Translations under genes and position numbers: made by a program
Part shown: one piece after another, positions 54,376 to 64,000 of the stretch
Numbering within the stretch: position 1 is the stretch's first letter
Layout of the letters: every line of letters begins with the position of its first letter
Notes under the pieces: generated by a model
Told to the model about the DNA's origin: nothing
Databases searched by the model: none
Seen by the model: the letters and a program-made list of their open reading frames with translations, nothing else
NCBI GenBank assembly: GCA_963823665.1
Contig: CAWGMQ010000010.1
Coordinates: forward strand, 1,952,001 to 2,016,000
Direction of reading: 5' to 3'
Length of the DNA stretch: 64,000 bases
From: an uncultured Planctomycetota bacterium
Lineage (GTDB): Bacteria; Planctomycetota; Planctomycetia; Isosphaerales; Isosphaeraceae

Positions 54376-55121
54376 GTGCGTCTCCAAGATTCTGTTTATC
54401 GAATGGCAGGAAATGCTCGGCGCCTGCCGTTGGAGTGAGCGAGGCAATCGTACCGCCCTTGATTTCGTTGGTAAAGTACTTCGAGAGCTGCGCAGGCTCC
54501 GCCAAGCCTCAGCAAAGTTCATAGTCGCACAAACACGCCTCAACGTGATTGCGCGGCTGCGTCGGGCCATTGTCCCGCGGTTCGTACCGCCGATTCGGCA
54601 TCTTACTGAACATCGGTGCCGATCGAAAAATGTCGGTTTTTTCTCCGATTCGATTGGAACCCTCACTTGCAAGATTCAAAAGACTCAAGTACCATGCCCC
54701 CGCGCTTTGCCAGGCGCCCACACGGATGAAACCACGGATGAACACCAATCAACAGGGATGGGAAATGCTCATGAGAATCCGGCACTAGCGGGACGACACC
54801 GTCTGTCCTCTGCAACCCGCGCCCGTCCCAGGTTCCTGGGTCAACCCGAAGTTCGCGCCGGCGTTTCCTCCCTCTCGCGCCGGGACAGGGGAGAGCGGTC
54901 TTTCCCGTAGCGTCCAACCGCGCAGCGAAGCAATTCACCGCCCAGCGAGTCGGAGCGAACTGCTCATGGAACTTATTGCGCGATCGGAGGCTGGTATGAT
55001 AGTGCTCCGATCCTTTGTATTGGCGGTCAGTGTCGTCTTCACAGCAGCCATTGCGTATTAACCTACGCGTTCAGTCATGTTTTTCGTGGTCCCCGAAGAA
55101 GATCAGAACGGAGTCTGAACC

Positions 55122-56054
55122 ATGGCGAAGGTGCTCATTACCGGCGGCGCGGGCTATATCGGATCTGTCCTGGCGCCGCTGCTTCTCGCGGAAGGCCACC
55201 GCGTCGTCATCTTCGACGCGCTCATGTACGGCGCGCAGCCCCTGCTCGGATTCTCCACGCACCCGCGCGTCGAGATCGTAAAGGGCGACATTCGCGACCC
55301 GGCAGCCGTGGCCAAAGTGATGCGGGACCCCGATTGGATTCTGCATCTGGCCGCGATCGTCGGCTACCCTGCCTGCGCTGCGGATCCCCAGCTCAGCACC
55401 GCGACCAACGTCGACGGAACTCGCAATATCCTCGCGGCCATGGGGCGCGGCCAGCGTCTGATCTTCGCCTCGACCGGCTCCACGTACGGCAAGGTCGAAG
55501 GCGTCGCGACCGAGGAAACCCCGATCGCACCGCTGACGCTCTACGGGCGCACCAAGCGCGATGCTGAAATGCTCATTCGCGACGCCGATCGCGAGCACAT
55601 CATCCTTCGGTTCGCGACCGTGTTCGGCAGCTCGCCCCGGTTGCGGCTTGACCTCCTGGTCAATGACTTCGTCTACCAGGCACTGCACAACCGGCAGATC
55701 GTCCTCTTCGAGGGCTTCTTCCGCCGGACGTTCCTGCACTCGGCCGACGCTGCCGCGATTTATCCGTTTGCCATGTCGCACTTCGACGCGATGCGCGGCA
55801 AGGTCTTTAACGTCGGCGACGAATCAATGAACTACACGAAGCGCGAGATCACGCTGAAGATCAAGGAATATGTCGACTTTTATCTTCACGAAGCCGCGAT
55901 CGGCAGCGACCCCGACCAGCGTGACTACGAAGTCGATTACAACCGGCTCAAATCGGTGGGGTTCCGCGCCAACGTCGGCCTCGATGAAGGGATCCTCGAG
56001 CTGGTGAAAATCCTGCGTGTGCTCTCGATCTCGAACCCTCTTCGGAACGCTTGA
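55122..56054 (+). CDS. NAD-dependent nucleotide-sugar epimerase/dehydratase
   Basis: TGGAGYIGS, HLAAIVG, YGRTK and RLRLDLLVNDF. Confidence 0.9.
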   Translation: MAKVLITGGAGYIGSVLAPLLLAEGHRVVIFDALMYGAQPLLGFSTHPRVEIVKGDIRDPAAVAKVMRDPDWILHLAAIVGYPACAADPQLSTATNVDGTRNILAAMGRGQRLIFASTGSTYGKVEGVATEETPIAPLTLYGRTKRDAEMLIRDADREHIILRFATVFGSSPRLRLDLLVNDFVYQALHNRQIVLFEGFFRRTFLHSADAAAIYPFAMSHFDAMRGKVFNVGDESMNYTKREITLKIKEYVDFYLHEAAIGSDPDQRDYEVDYNRLKSVGFRANVGLDEGILELVKILRVLSISNPLRNA

Positions 56055-56074
56055 TTCTTCGAGGAAACATCACC

Positions 56075-57010
56075 ATGGAACGCGTTCTCCTGACGGGCGG
56101 CAGCGGTTTCTTCGGCCGGCGGATTGCCGAGGCCCTGCGCCGGCACGGTTTCGAAGTCGCCACTCCCGGCCGTCCCGATTTCAACCTACTCGACTCATCC
56201 AGCACGATCCGCACGCTCGAGGCGGTGCGCCCCGGGATCGTCGTGCACTCGGCCGCCTATTACGGTGGCCTTGGCATCTGCATGGCCGAGCCCGCGCAGA
56301 TCTTCCATCACAATGTGCTGATGGGTGTGAACCTGTTCGATGCCGCCGCCCGCACCGGCGTGCGCAAGATCATGGCCATCGGCTCGGCGTGCTCGTATCC
56401 CGGCGGCGTGGCCGGCAACATGAGGGAAGACGACTTCTGGTCGGGGCCGCTCCACCCATCGGTCGAAGCTTATGGCTTCACCAAGAAGGTGCTGGAAGTC
56501 GGTCTCCGCGCGTACGGCCGCGGCAACGGCTTGATCGGCCAGATGCCGGTCGTCACCAATCTGTACGGCGAGTACGACGTTTTCGGTGAATACCGTTCCC
56601 ATGTCGCGGCGGCCCTTATCAAGAAGTTTGCCGATGCGGCGATTTCGCGGGCAGATCACGTCGTTTGCTGGGGTACAGGCGCGCCGGTGCGCGAGTTCAT
56701 CTATTCCGGCGACGCCGCCGAGGCCGTCGCGCGGCTGCTCGAGTGCGGCTACACCGAGCCGCTCAATATCGGCACCGGCATCGGCACCACGATCAAGGAG
56801 CTTGCCGAGATGGTCGCCCGCTTGACGGGCTTCCGCGGCAAGATCGTGTGGGATACGTCGAAAGCCGACGGCGTCCTGCGCAAGGTGCTCGACGTCTCGC
56901 GAATGGAGAGCATCCTGGGCTGGAAGCCCCCAACCAGCCTCGAAGCTGGTTTGACCAGGACGATCCGGTGGTACATGGAGCACAAGGCCGAAGCAGATGC
57001 GCGGCAGTGA
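56075..57010 (+). CDS. fcl: GDP-L-fucose synthase-like epimerase/reductase
   Basis: TGGSGFFG, GSACSYP, YGFTK, NLYG, SHVAAALIKKF, WGTGAPVREFIY and WDTSKADG. Confidence 0.7.
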   Translation: MERVLLTGGSGFFGRRIAEALRRHGFEVATPGRPDFNLLDSSSTIRTLEAVRPGIVVHSAAYYGGLGICMAEPAQIFHHNVLMGVNLFDAAARTGVRKIMAIGSACSYPGGVAGNMREDDFWSGPLHPSVEAYGFTKKVLEVGLRAYGRGNGLIGQMPVVTNLYGEYDVFGEYRSHVAAALIKKFADAAISRADHVVCWGTGAPVREFIYSGDAAEAVARLLECGYTEPLNIGTGIGTTIKELAEMVARLTGFRGKIVWDTSKADGVLRKVLDVSRMESILGWKPPTSLEAGLTRTIRWYMEHKAEADARQ

Positions 57011-57086
57011 ACGGACGCTCAGTTTGCGAAGCCTGGCCGTTCGATCTGCCGTCGGGCCTTCTCGCGCTCGCCGGGCAGCGCGTATT

Positions 57087-57650
57087 CTACCTCCAGACAT
57101 TAACGATCATGTGCGTGCACCATGCGATGATCCAGACGCCGCCGAGCAGCCGCGCTGAAGACTCGACCCAATCATGACTGCGCCGCCACCCTCCCTGCAG
57201 ACCGACGATCACCCAGGCCACCAGGATCACCGGGGCGAGCCGATACGGCGCGCTGATTGCAATCATGTTGTTGTGCAGCCACGCTGGGCTCCTATTGCTG
57301 CCGCCTGCCATGTACGGCATGAAGTTCGCGGCGGCTTGCAGGACGTTTGTGGCGACGGTTGACGCGACTGCAACCCCAGCGAGGAATCCGGGCTGCCGTG
57401 CCAGCCGGCGCAGTCGCGGCCGGGGCGCGACCAAGCTGAGGCCGAGAAGTCCAATTTGCACGGGCATCAACACCAGGCACGCGGCCAGGGCCCAGCTCCA
57501 CCAAGTGCGCGCGACGCCCATCGTGCTGAACACGGTCTGCTCATTGAACAGGTAGCTGCGACCCAGCCAAAGGCCCACACCCGTCGAGGCGACAAGAACT
57601 GCGGTGTCGCTCAAAGTAAATCGGCGCCGGGTTGTGTCTCGTTGCCCCAT
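57087..57650 (-). CDS. Planctomycete-type hypothetical membrane protein
   Basis: RRFTLSDTAVLVA N-terminus, PRPRLRRLARQPG, DWVESSARLLG; about 5 TM helices. Confidence 0.75.
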   Translation of the reverse strand: MGQRDTTRRRFTLSDTAVLVASTGVGLWLGRSYLFNEQTVFSTMGVARTWWSWALAACLVLMPVQIGLLGLSLVAPRPRLRRLARQPGFLAGVAVASTVATNVLQAAANFMPYMAGGSNRSPAWLHNNMIAISAPYRLAPVILVAWVIVGLQGGWRRSHDWVESSARLLGGVWIIAWCTHMIVNVWR

Positions 57651-57713
57651 CGGATCGTCGCCTCCCTGCGCCGCTGAGCGCTCAAGGCTCTAGCCGGCAA
57701 CTGCCGCGACGCC

Positions 57714-57959
57714 TCACGCCCTCGGCCGCTTGCGGCCCGACCCGTTCGTTCGCGGCGGGATCTCCAGGTCGGTCACCAGCAGCAAATCGATGATATTCAA
57801 GGTGTCGTCCGGCTGGCAAACCACAATCGTCCGCCCGCTCGGTACCGTCATCATAAACTCGCGATGTCGGACGGGAACCTCGCGTCCATCAGCCAAATGG
57901 ATGACGAAAGGCCGAAATGGCTCGGCGTTGTACGCGTTTCGAAGCTGCTCGACGGTTAT
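57714..57959 (-). CDS. Small conserved hypothetical protein (PFRPFxIHLADG family); start reads ATA
   Basis: (I)TVEQLRNAYNAEPFRPFVIHLADGREVPVRHREF...IIDLLLVTDLE; the reading frame extends beyond ORF-track start 57896. Confidence 0.7.
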   Translation of the reverse strand: MTVEQLRNAYNAEPFRPFVIHLADGREVPVRHREFMMTVPSGRTIVVCQPDDTLNIIDLLLVTDLEIPPRTNGSGRKRPRA

Positions 57960-57975
57960 CGCGGAATCCCTTCGA

Positions 57976-59296
57976 TCAAGGTCCGGCCAAGCTTGTTATC
58001 AGTTGAATGATCGGCATGTACACCGCGAGGATGATGAAGAATACAATCCCGCCTAAGAGCACCATCATGATCGGCTGAATCAGGTGCCCCAGGCTGGCGA
58101 CCATGACTTCGACCTGTTCGTCGTAATCATCGGCCAGGTGCACAAGGGCCTCGGGCAGCTTGCCGGTTTCTTCGCCCGAAGTGATCACCGCGATGACGTC
58201 GTAGCTGAATTGCTTCGGAACGGGCCAGCGTCGTACTCAACTCGCTGCCCGAGACGATCTCTTGCCGAGAAGCTCGCACCGCGTTTTGGATGGGGCTCAT
58301 CCTCAAAACATCCGCTGTCAGGTCGATGGAGCTGCCGATGTCGACGCCGGCGTCGAGCAAGACCGACAGAGTGCGTGCGAACCGCGTGGTGTCGAGCATC
58401 CGGCACAGTTTGCCGAAGACGGGCAGCCTGAGTGCAATCCGGTCCATCAGCGACTTTCCGCTGCTCGTCTTATAAGCTCGCACCAACAGAATCGGCGTCG
58501 CAATCATCACCACTGGAATGAGCCACCAGCCGATCACGCCGACAAACGAGCTGATCGCCATCAAGACCCGGCTGGCCAAAGGCAGTTGAATATTGCCGGC
58601 GATATCCTTGAGAATCGCCGCGAATTTGGGGAGCAGGAAGATCGTCACAAGAGCCACCACGACCGACGCGATGCCCAGCACGATCACCGGGTAGATCATG
58701 GCCGATCGTGCCTGGCGGATCAGTCGCTGCCGCGATTCATAATGCTGCGCCAGCATCCGCAGCGTTTCCGGAACACCGCCGCGCGTCTCGGCCACCTTGA
58801 TCATGTTCAGGAACATGGGCCCGAACGCCTGCGGTTCCCTGGCCATGGCTTCTTCAAGCGTCGACCCGCGCTGGATTGCCAGGTGCACACGCCCCAAGAT
58901 CGGCCCGAATGCGGTCCCCGTGAATTGGCGCTGCAGGCTCGATAGGGACCGGTTGAAATCGACGCCGGCGCCCAGATACGCGGCAAATTGCCGGCAGAAC
59001 TGCGCGAGCTGCCCTGTGCTGACTCGACCGAAGAGGATTCGCTCCCAGAGCGTCGGGCCCTTGGCGGGAGTCTCGAACTTGCCGCCGTAACTCACGTACG
59101 GCTTTTCCTCTGAGGGCTTCGAGACGGTTGCCTTCGCACGCTTCGGGTTTCGCGTCGCCGGCTCTCCGAGCGGGCTCGGCCGGAACGTCGATTGCCCTTC
59201 AAATTCCTCACCGGATCTCGCACCCTCGCCCGGCTCGGGCCGGGGACGCTGCCGCCTGGGCTTGGGAGGATCGAATTCGTCCCGGTCGACTGCCAT
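57976..59296 (-). CDS. pilC: Type II secretion system F / type IV pilus PilC family protein (apparent frameshift near 58210)
   Basis: FCRQFAAYLGAGV, AETRGG, SAMIYP, RFARTLSVLLDAGV and GEETGKLPE. Confidence 0.85.
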
Positions 59297-59580
59297 GGCA
59301 ACTCCCTTTGGACGAGCGCGCCCGGCCCACTTCAAAGAATCAGCGCAACCGCGAGCCACGCGCTTCGTTCACCTTATCGTCGCTCGTAAGGCGCCTACGG
59401 TCAAGCAAAGTCGTTCGACATTTGTCGAAGCGAGACGAACGCGAGAGTGCGGTCGACCATCCGTTCGCTGCCAGATCTAGCAGCTCGTCAATTCCGTGTT
59501 CGGCGAGCGAGCGTTCTTCGCGCAACCTTGCGGCGTACTCACGCTCACCACGTTGGACCACATGTCATTCTCGCTGCATC

Positions 59581-61038
59581 TCACCTCGCGGTCCACTTGA
59601 GCACCGGGCTCTTCGCCGCCTTCACCTCGTCCGGCCGGCTGATCGGCGTGCTGTGGGGGGCATCGTGGAGCATTTGCGGATCTTCCTGGGCGATCTGCCT
59701 GAGCACTTTCGCGAAGGCTTCGAGTGTCTCGCGACTCTCGGTCTCGGTGGGCTCGACCATCATCGCCTCGGGCACGATCAGCGGGAAATACACGGTCGGT
59801 GCGTGGAAGTTGAAATCGATCAGTCGCTTGGCAATATCCATCGCGCGGATGCCGCGCTCCTTGGCCAGGCTCCGCGCTGATGCCACGAACTCGTGCATAC
59901 ACGAATCGCCAAATTGCACCGGATAGACATCGCGCACAAGCGACATCAGGTAGTTCGCGTTCAACACCGCGTTCTGGGCGATGCCTTTGAGCCCCTCGGG
60001 CCCGTGGGTTTTGATATAGCAGTAGGCGCGGAACAGGATGCCCGTGTTGCCGAAGAACGACCGGACCCGCCCGATCGCCTTGGTGCGGTTGTAATCCAGC
60101 AGGTACGTGCCGTCGGACCGCCGGGCGACCATCGGCGACGGAAGATAAGGCGCCAGGTGCTGCCGCACAGCGATCGGACCGGCTCCCGGCCCACCTCCGC
60201 CGTGTGGCCCGGAGAAGGTTTTGTGGCAGTTGTAGTGCATCAGGTCGACGCCCATGTCACCCGGGCGCACGACTCCCAGGATCGCGTTCATGTTTGCGCC
60301 GTCCAGATAGAGCAACGCGCCCCGGTCGTGAAGCAACCTGGCAATCTCGCCGATCTGCGGGTCGAAGAGCCCCACCGTGTTGGGGTTCGTGATCATGAAC
60401 ACAGCCGTCTCGTCGGAGAGCTTGGCCTTGAAGTCGGCGAGATCGACCAGCCCGCGAGCATCGCTCTTGATCGTCACGCACTCAAATCCGGCCAGATGCG
60501 CCGATGCGGGATTGGTGCCATGGGCGCTGTCCGGAATCAGCACCTGCGTCCGCTTTTTTCCGAGGTCCCAGAAATAGGCTGCGGCCACGAAGAGCGCCGT
60601 CAGCTCGCCCTGCGCGCCCGCCGCGGGCTGCAAGCTCACGGCGTGCAAGCCGGCGATTTCCGCCAGCATCTCCTGTAGCTCGAACAGAATCGCCAGCAAG
60701 CCCTGGAGCGTGCGCTCGTCCTGCATCGGGTGCTGCGCCGCCAGCCCGGGCAGAGCTCCCAGCCGCTCGTTGCGCTTGGGGTTGTACTTCATCGTGCACG
60801 AGCCGAGCGGATAGAAGTTCGAATCAATCGACATGTTCGTAGTCGAGAGATTCGTGTAGTGCCGTACCACGTCCAGCTCGGAAAGCTCCGGCAGAGGGGG
60901 CGGTGCAGCGCTCAAGTGGGCATCGGGAATGAGCGACGAAATCGGCTTCTCGGGCACGTCAGACCCTGGCAGAATCGCCGTGAAGCGTCCCGCACGACTC
61001 GACTCGAAGAGCAGGGGGGGCTGATCCAGTTTGTACAC
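59581..61038 (-). CDS. gcvPB: Glycine dehydrogenase (decarboxylating) subunit 2
   Basis: YPLGSCTMKYNP, QPAAGAQGE, SAHGTNPAS, HKTFSGPHGGGGPG and MVEPTETES. Confidence 0.97.
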   Translation of the reverse strand: MYKLDQPPLLFESSRAGRFTAILPGSDVPEKPISSLIPDAHLSAAPPPLPELSELDVVRHYTNLSTTNMSIDSNFYPLGSCTMKYNPKRNERLGALPGLAAQHPMQDERTLQGLLAILFELQEMLAEIAGLHAVSLQPAAGAQGELTALFVAAAYFWDLGKKRTQVLIPDSAHGTNPASAHLAGFECVTIKSDARGLVDLADFKAKLSDETAVFMITNPNTVGLFDPQIGEIARLLHDRGALLYLDGANMNAILGVVRPGDMGVDLMHYNCHKTFSGPHGGGGPGAGPIAVRQHLAPYLPSPMVARRSDGTYLLDYNRTKAIGRVRSFFGNTGILFRAYCYIKTHGPEGLKGIAQNAVLNANYLMSLVRDVYPVQFGDSCMHEFVASARSLAKERGIRAMDIAKRLIDFNFHAPTVYFPLIVPEAMMVEPTETESRETLEAFAKVLRQIAQEDPQMLHDAPHSTPISRPDEVKAAKSPVLKWTAR

Positions 61039-61056
61039 AGTCGGGCTCCAAAACCA

Positions 61057-62409
61057 TTATCTCACTGATGCGGCCGCCGCGAATGCCTCGGCCAGTCCGT
61101 CAATTTCCTGCCTGGTTCTTTTCTCGGTGACGGCGACCAGGATGCAGTCGGCAAGCTTGGGATAAAATCGGCCGAGATCGATTCCGGCGTGGTATCCACT
61201 TTCGAGCATCCGGTCGAGCACCTGAGAGACCGGCTTCTTCGAGCGCACCACGAATTCCTTGAAGAACGGTCCTGAGAAAGCCAGTGAGAGGCCCGGCACC
61301 GCTCCGAGCTTTTCGGCCGCGTAGTGCGCCTTGCGAGCCGAGAGCTCCGCTGCACGCTGCAACCCGCTCGGGCCCATCACAGCGAGGTACATACTGGCTC
61401 GAAGCGCAAGCAGTCCTTGATTGGTACAGATATTGGACGTTGCCTTCTCGCGACGGATGTGCTGCTCTCGCGTTTGTAGCGTCAGCACCCAGCAGCGTTT
61501 ACCGGTCCGGTCCGTCGTCTCGCCGACGATCCGGCCCGGCATCTTCCGCACGTATTCCTCGCGGCAGACCATGATTCCCAGGTACGGGCCGCCGTAACAA
61601 AGGTGGTTGCCCAGCGACTGGCCTTCGGCCACGGCAATATCGGCGCCGTAGTCGATCGGGCGCTTGAGCAGCCCGACGCTGATCGGGTCAAACACGACGA
61701 TTGCCAGCGCGCCGCGGTCGTGCGCTGCCTTCACGATTGCCTGCACGTCCTCGAGCCCGCCGAGGAAATTCGGGTACTGAAAAACCACCGCGGCAGTTTG
61801 ATCGGAAATCGCTCGCGCGATCGAGTCGCTCGTAACCTGCCCGTCGTGGGCCGGCACGGTCACCAGCTCGGGCTCGAGGTGTTCCAGAAAGGTTGCCAGC
61901 ACCTGGCGGTATTCCGGATGAACCGTCTCGGCGACAAGCACCTGGCCGAACCGCCGCGTGATCGAGAGCGCCATGAGCACGGCCTCGGCCGTCGCCGAGC
62001 CGCCGTCGTAAAGGCTTGAGTTCGAAACATCGAGCCCGGTGAGCTGCGTCATCATGGTTTGATATTCAAACGTCGCCTGCAGCGTTCCCTGGCTCGCCTC
62101 CGCCTGGTAGGGTGTGTAGGCGGTGTAGAACTCTCCGCGTCCCGCCAGGTTGTCAACGACGGCCGGTATGAAATGGTCATAAGCGCCGCCGCCCAGGAAG
62201 CAGACTTTCTGGTCCGCACCCTGGTTCTTCAGGAGCGCCTCGCTCACGCTTTGCGTCAGCTCGAGCTCGCTCAGGGCTGGCGGAATGGCGAGCGGCCCCT
62301 TGGTTCGCAGCTCCTCGGGAATCGTCTTGAATAGATCATCCAGCGAGCGCATGCCGATCGCCTCGAGCATGACCCGCCCGTCTTCCGGCGTATTCGCTTC
62401 GTAAACCAT
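61057..62409 (-). CDS. gcvPA: Glycine dehydrogenase (decarboxylating) subunit 1
   Basis: FYTAYTPYQAEASQG and LQTREQHIRREKATSNICTNQ. Confidence 0.97.
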   Translation of the reverse strand: MVYEANTPEDGRVMLEAIGMRSLDDLFKTIPEELRTKGPLAIPPALSELELTQSVSEALLKNQGADQKVCFLGGGAYDHFIPAVVDNLAGRGEFYTAYTPYQAEASQGTLQATFEYQTMMTQLTGLDVSNSSLYDGGSATAEAVLMALSITRRFGQVLVAETVHPEYRQVLATFLEHLEPELVTVPAHDGQVTSDSIARAISDQTAAVVFQYPNFLGGLEDVQAIVKAAHDRGALAIVVFDPISVGLLKRPIDYGADIAVAEGQSLGNHLCYGGPYLGIMVCREEYVRKMPGRIVGETTDRTGKRCWVLTLQTREQHIRREKATSNICTNQGLLALRASMYLAVMGPSGLQRAAELSARKAHYAAEKLGAVPGLSLAFSGPFFKEFVVRSKKPVSQVLDRMLESGYHAGIDLGRFYPKLADCILVAVTEKRTRQEIDGLAEAFAAAASVR

Positions 62410-62448
62410 CGACGTGTCGGTTCCGGTAACAGCAAGAGAAATGGTGAA

Positions 62449-62835
62449 TCAGTGCGCTTCTTCGGCGACCTTCTTCTCGTACGAGTCCAGATCAAGCAGC
62501 TCCGCCGTCTGAGGTGGCTGGGCGAGCCGCACCTTGATGAGCCAGCCCTTCTCGAAAGGGTCTTCGGCAAGGAGCTGCACGTTCGCGGTGACAGCCTCAT
62601 TCACCGCAGTCACTTCGCCGCTCACCGGCGCATAAAGATCGCTCACCGCCTTCACGCTTTCGATCTCTCCGAACGACTTGCCGGCCGTCACCTTGGTTCC
62701 CACGGCGGGAAGCTCGATCATGATCAGGTCGGTCAATTGCTCAACAGCAAACTGTGTGATCCCGATCGTCGCATTGGCCCCTTCAATATACACCCACTCG
62801 TGAGAGGCCAGGTATCCCAGCGATTTGCGATCCAT
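62449..62835 (-). CDS. gcvH: Glycine cleavage system H protein
   Basis: SHEW, IESVKAVSDLYAP (lipoyl-Lys) and GWL. Confidence 0.97.
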   Translation of the reverse strand: MDRKSLGYLASHEWVYIEGANATIGITQFAVEQLTDLIMIELPAVGTKVTAGKSFGEIESVKAVSDLYAPVSGEVTAVNEAVTANVQLLAEDPFEKGWLIKVRLAQPPQTAELLDLDSYEKKVAEEAH

Positions 62836-62902
62836 GAATCAAAATCCTCGTGAAGTGCTCAGTCAGGTCTTGGATCCAGAGTGAACAGGAGGCCTGCGAA
62901 GG

Positions 62903-64000
62903 TCAGGTTTCTGATGCCGTTTTTCCCGCGCGTTTGTAGAACGGCAGCTTGACGACTCGTGCCGGCTCACGATGCCCGCGCACGTCCACCGCGAGCTTCG
63001 TGCCGGTCTTTTGCGCGGCCCGATCGACGTAGGCCATCGCCAGGCTGACCTGAAGTGTCGGCGAAAAGGTGCCCGATGTGACCTCGCCGACTTGCGTCTC
63101 TCCGGAATACACGGCCGAGCCCTGCCGGGCAATCCGTTTCCCTTCCAGCACGAGCCCCACCCTCGCCCGGGGAGGTTGCGTCTTGAACCGTTCGAGCGCC
63201 TGACGCCCCACGAAATCTCCCTTGTCGAGCTTGACCGCCCACGCCAGCCCCGCCGAGAAAGGGTCGATCGTCTCGGATAGCTCGTGCCCATAGAGAGGCA
63301 TGCCGGCCTCGAGCCGCAGCGTGTCTCTGGCGCCGAGCCCGCAGGCCGTCACTCCTTGTGACTTGCCGGATTCCAGAAGCGCCTCCCAGAGAGGAAGTGC
63401 GGCCGAATTCCCCACAATCAACTCGAAACCGTCTTCGCCCGTGTAGCCGGTGCGGCTGACGACCGTGTTGATGCTCCCGAGCAGTCTGCCCATCGTCAAA
63501 TGATAGTAGGGAACACTCGCCAGGGGCTGGTCGAAGAGCGGCTGCACGGTGTCCAGCGCACGCGGGCCTTGCACAGCGATCATCGCCGTGGCCGTCGTGC
63601 GATCGACGAAGTTGCCGACCGCCCCGGTTCGCTGGCTCTCGAGCTGGCTGACGACCTGCGCTCGATTCGACGCATTGCAAACGACCAGATACGCGAATGG
63701 CTGGCGGTAAACCAGGATGTCGTCGATCACCCCTCCGTCTGCGGTCGCGACCAGGCTGTACTGGATCTGGTTGTCGGCAAGGGACGCGACGCGGTTGGTG
63801 GTCACTCGCTCGAGCCAGTCGAGAACGCCGGGCCCGTCAAACGTCAGCCGCCCCATGTGGCCGATGTCGAAGAGACCCACCCGCTTCCTGACTGCCTCGT
63901 GCTCTTCGCCGATGGTCGTGTACTGGACGGGCATCGACCACCCGCCGAACTCGACGAGCCGGCCGCCGTGGCTCTTGTGCCAGTCATGAAGCGACGTCTG
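62903..64000 (-). CDS. gcvT: Glycine cleavage aminomethyltransferase T (5' end outside the window)
   Basis: FGGWSMPVQY, GLFDIGHMG, SRTGYTGEDGFE and GARDTLRLEAG. Confidence 0.97.
   Translation of the reverse strand, partial: QTSLHDWHKSHGGRLVEFGGWSMPVQYTTIGEEHEAVRKRVGLFDIGHMGRLTFDGPGVLDWLERVTTNRVASLADNQIQYSLVATADGGVIDDILVYRQPFAYLVVCNASNRAQVVSQLESQRTGAVGNFVDRTTATAMIAVQGPRALDTVQPLFDQPLASVPYYHLTMGRLLGSINTVVSRTGYTGEDGFELIVGNSAALPLWEALLESGKSQGVTACGLGARDTLRLEAGMPLYGHELSETIDPFSAGLAWAVKLDKGDFVGRQALERFKTQPPRARVGLVLEGKRIARQGSAVYSGETQVGEVTSGTFSPTLQVSLAMAYVDRAAQKTGTKLAVDVRGHREPARVVKLPFYKRAGKTASET

Noticed and set aside
59340..59580. Short ORFs between gcvPB and pilC
   Set aside because: No recognisable family, RBS or consistent frame.
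62903..64000. Glycine riboswitch for the gcv operon
   Set aside because: The gcvT leader lies outside the window, so it cannot be assessed.

Overview
GC-rich bacterial window. The gene families point strongly to a planctomycete, probably Isosphaeraceae-like: LEPR-XLL-type secreted proteins, ECF sigma/Ser-Thr kinase pairs and WD40/TPR/LRR proteins. This taxonomy is inferred from gene content only. Many otherwise intact genes, even gnd and pilC, are split by single-base frameshifts, which looks like long-read indel error, so those are not called pseudogenes. Housekeeping genes flank the window: gnd, a HAD hydrolase and a TIGR01777-like epimerase on the left; sugar-nucleotide enzymes, pilC/gspF and gcvT-H-PA-PB on the right. 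Three things stand out. (1) An alpha/beta hydrolase, OlsG/PmtA-like methyltransferase and GH3 amido-synthetase operon with a convergent carrier protein (8.3-11.7 kb), a candidate amino-lipid pathway. (2) Two tandem paralogous giant beta-helix/Ig surface proteins with a shared C-terminal half and different N-termini (17.3-26.7 kb). (3) An accessory region (about 33.7-52.9 kb) of nested, partly deleted copies of an ECF-kinase operon. It holds a 44-aa mini-sigma made by in-frame deletion, three copies of one kinase 5' end, a displaced 59-bp copy of the flanking MFS gene, two toxin-antitoxin pairs with dead toxins, chimeric genes and a 12-repeat DUF5650-like protein. No rRNA, tRNA, CRISPR array, integrase or transposase was recognised.
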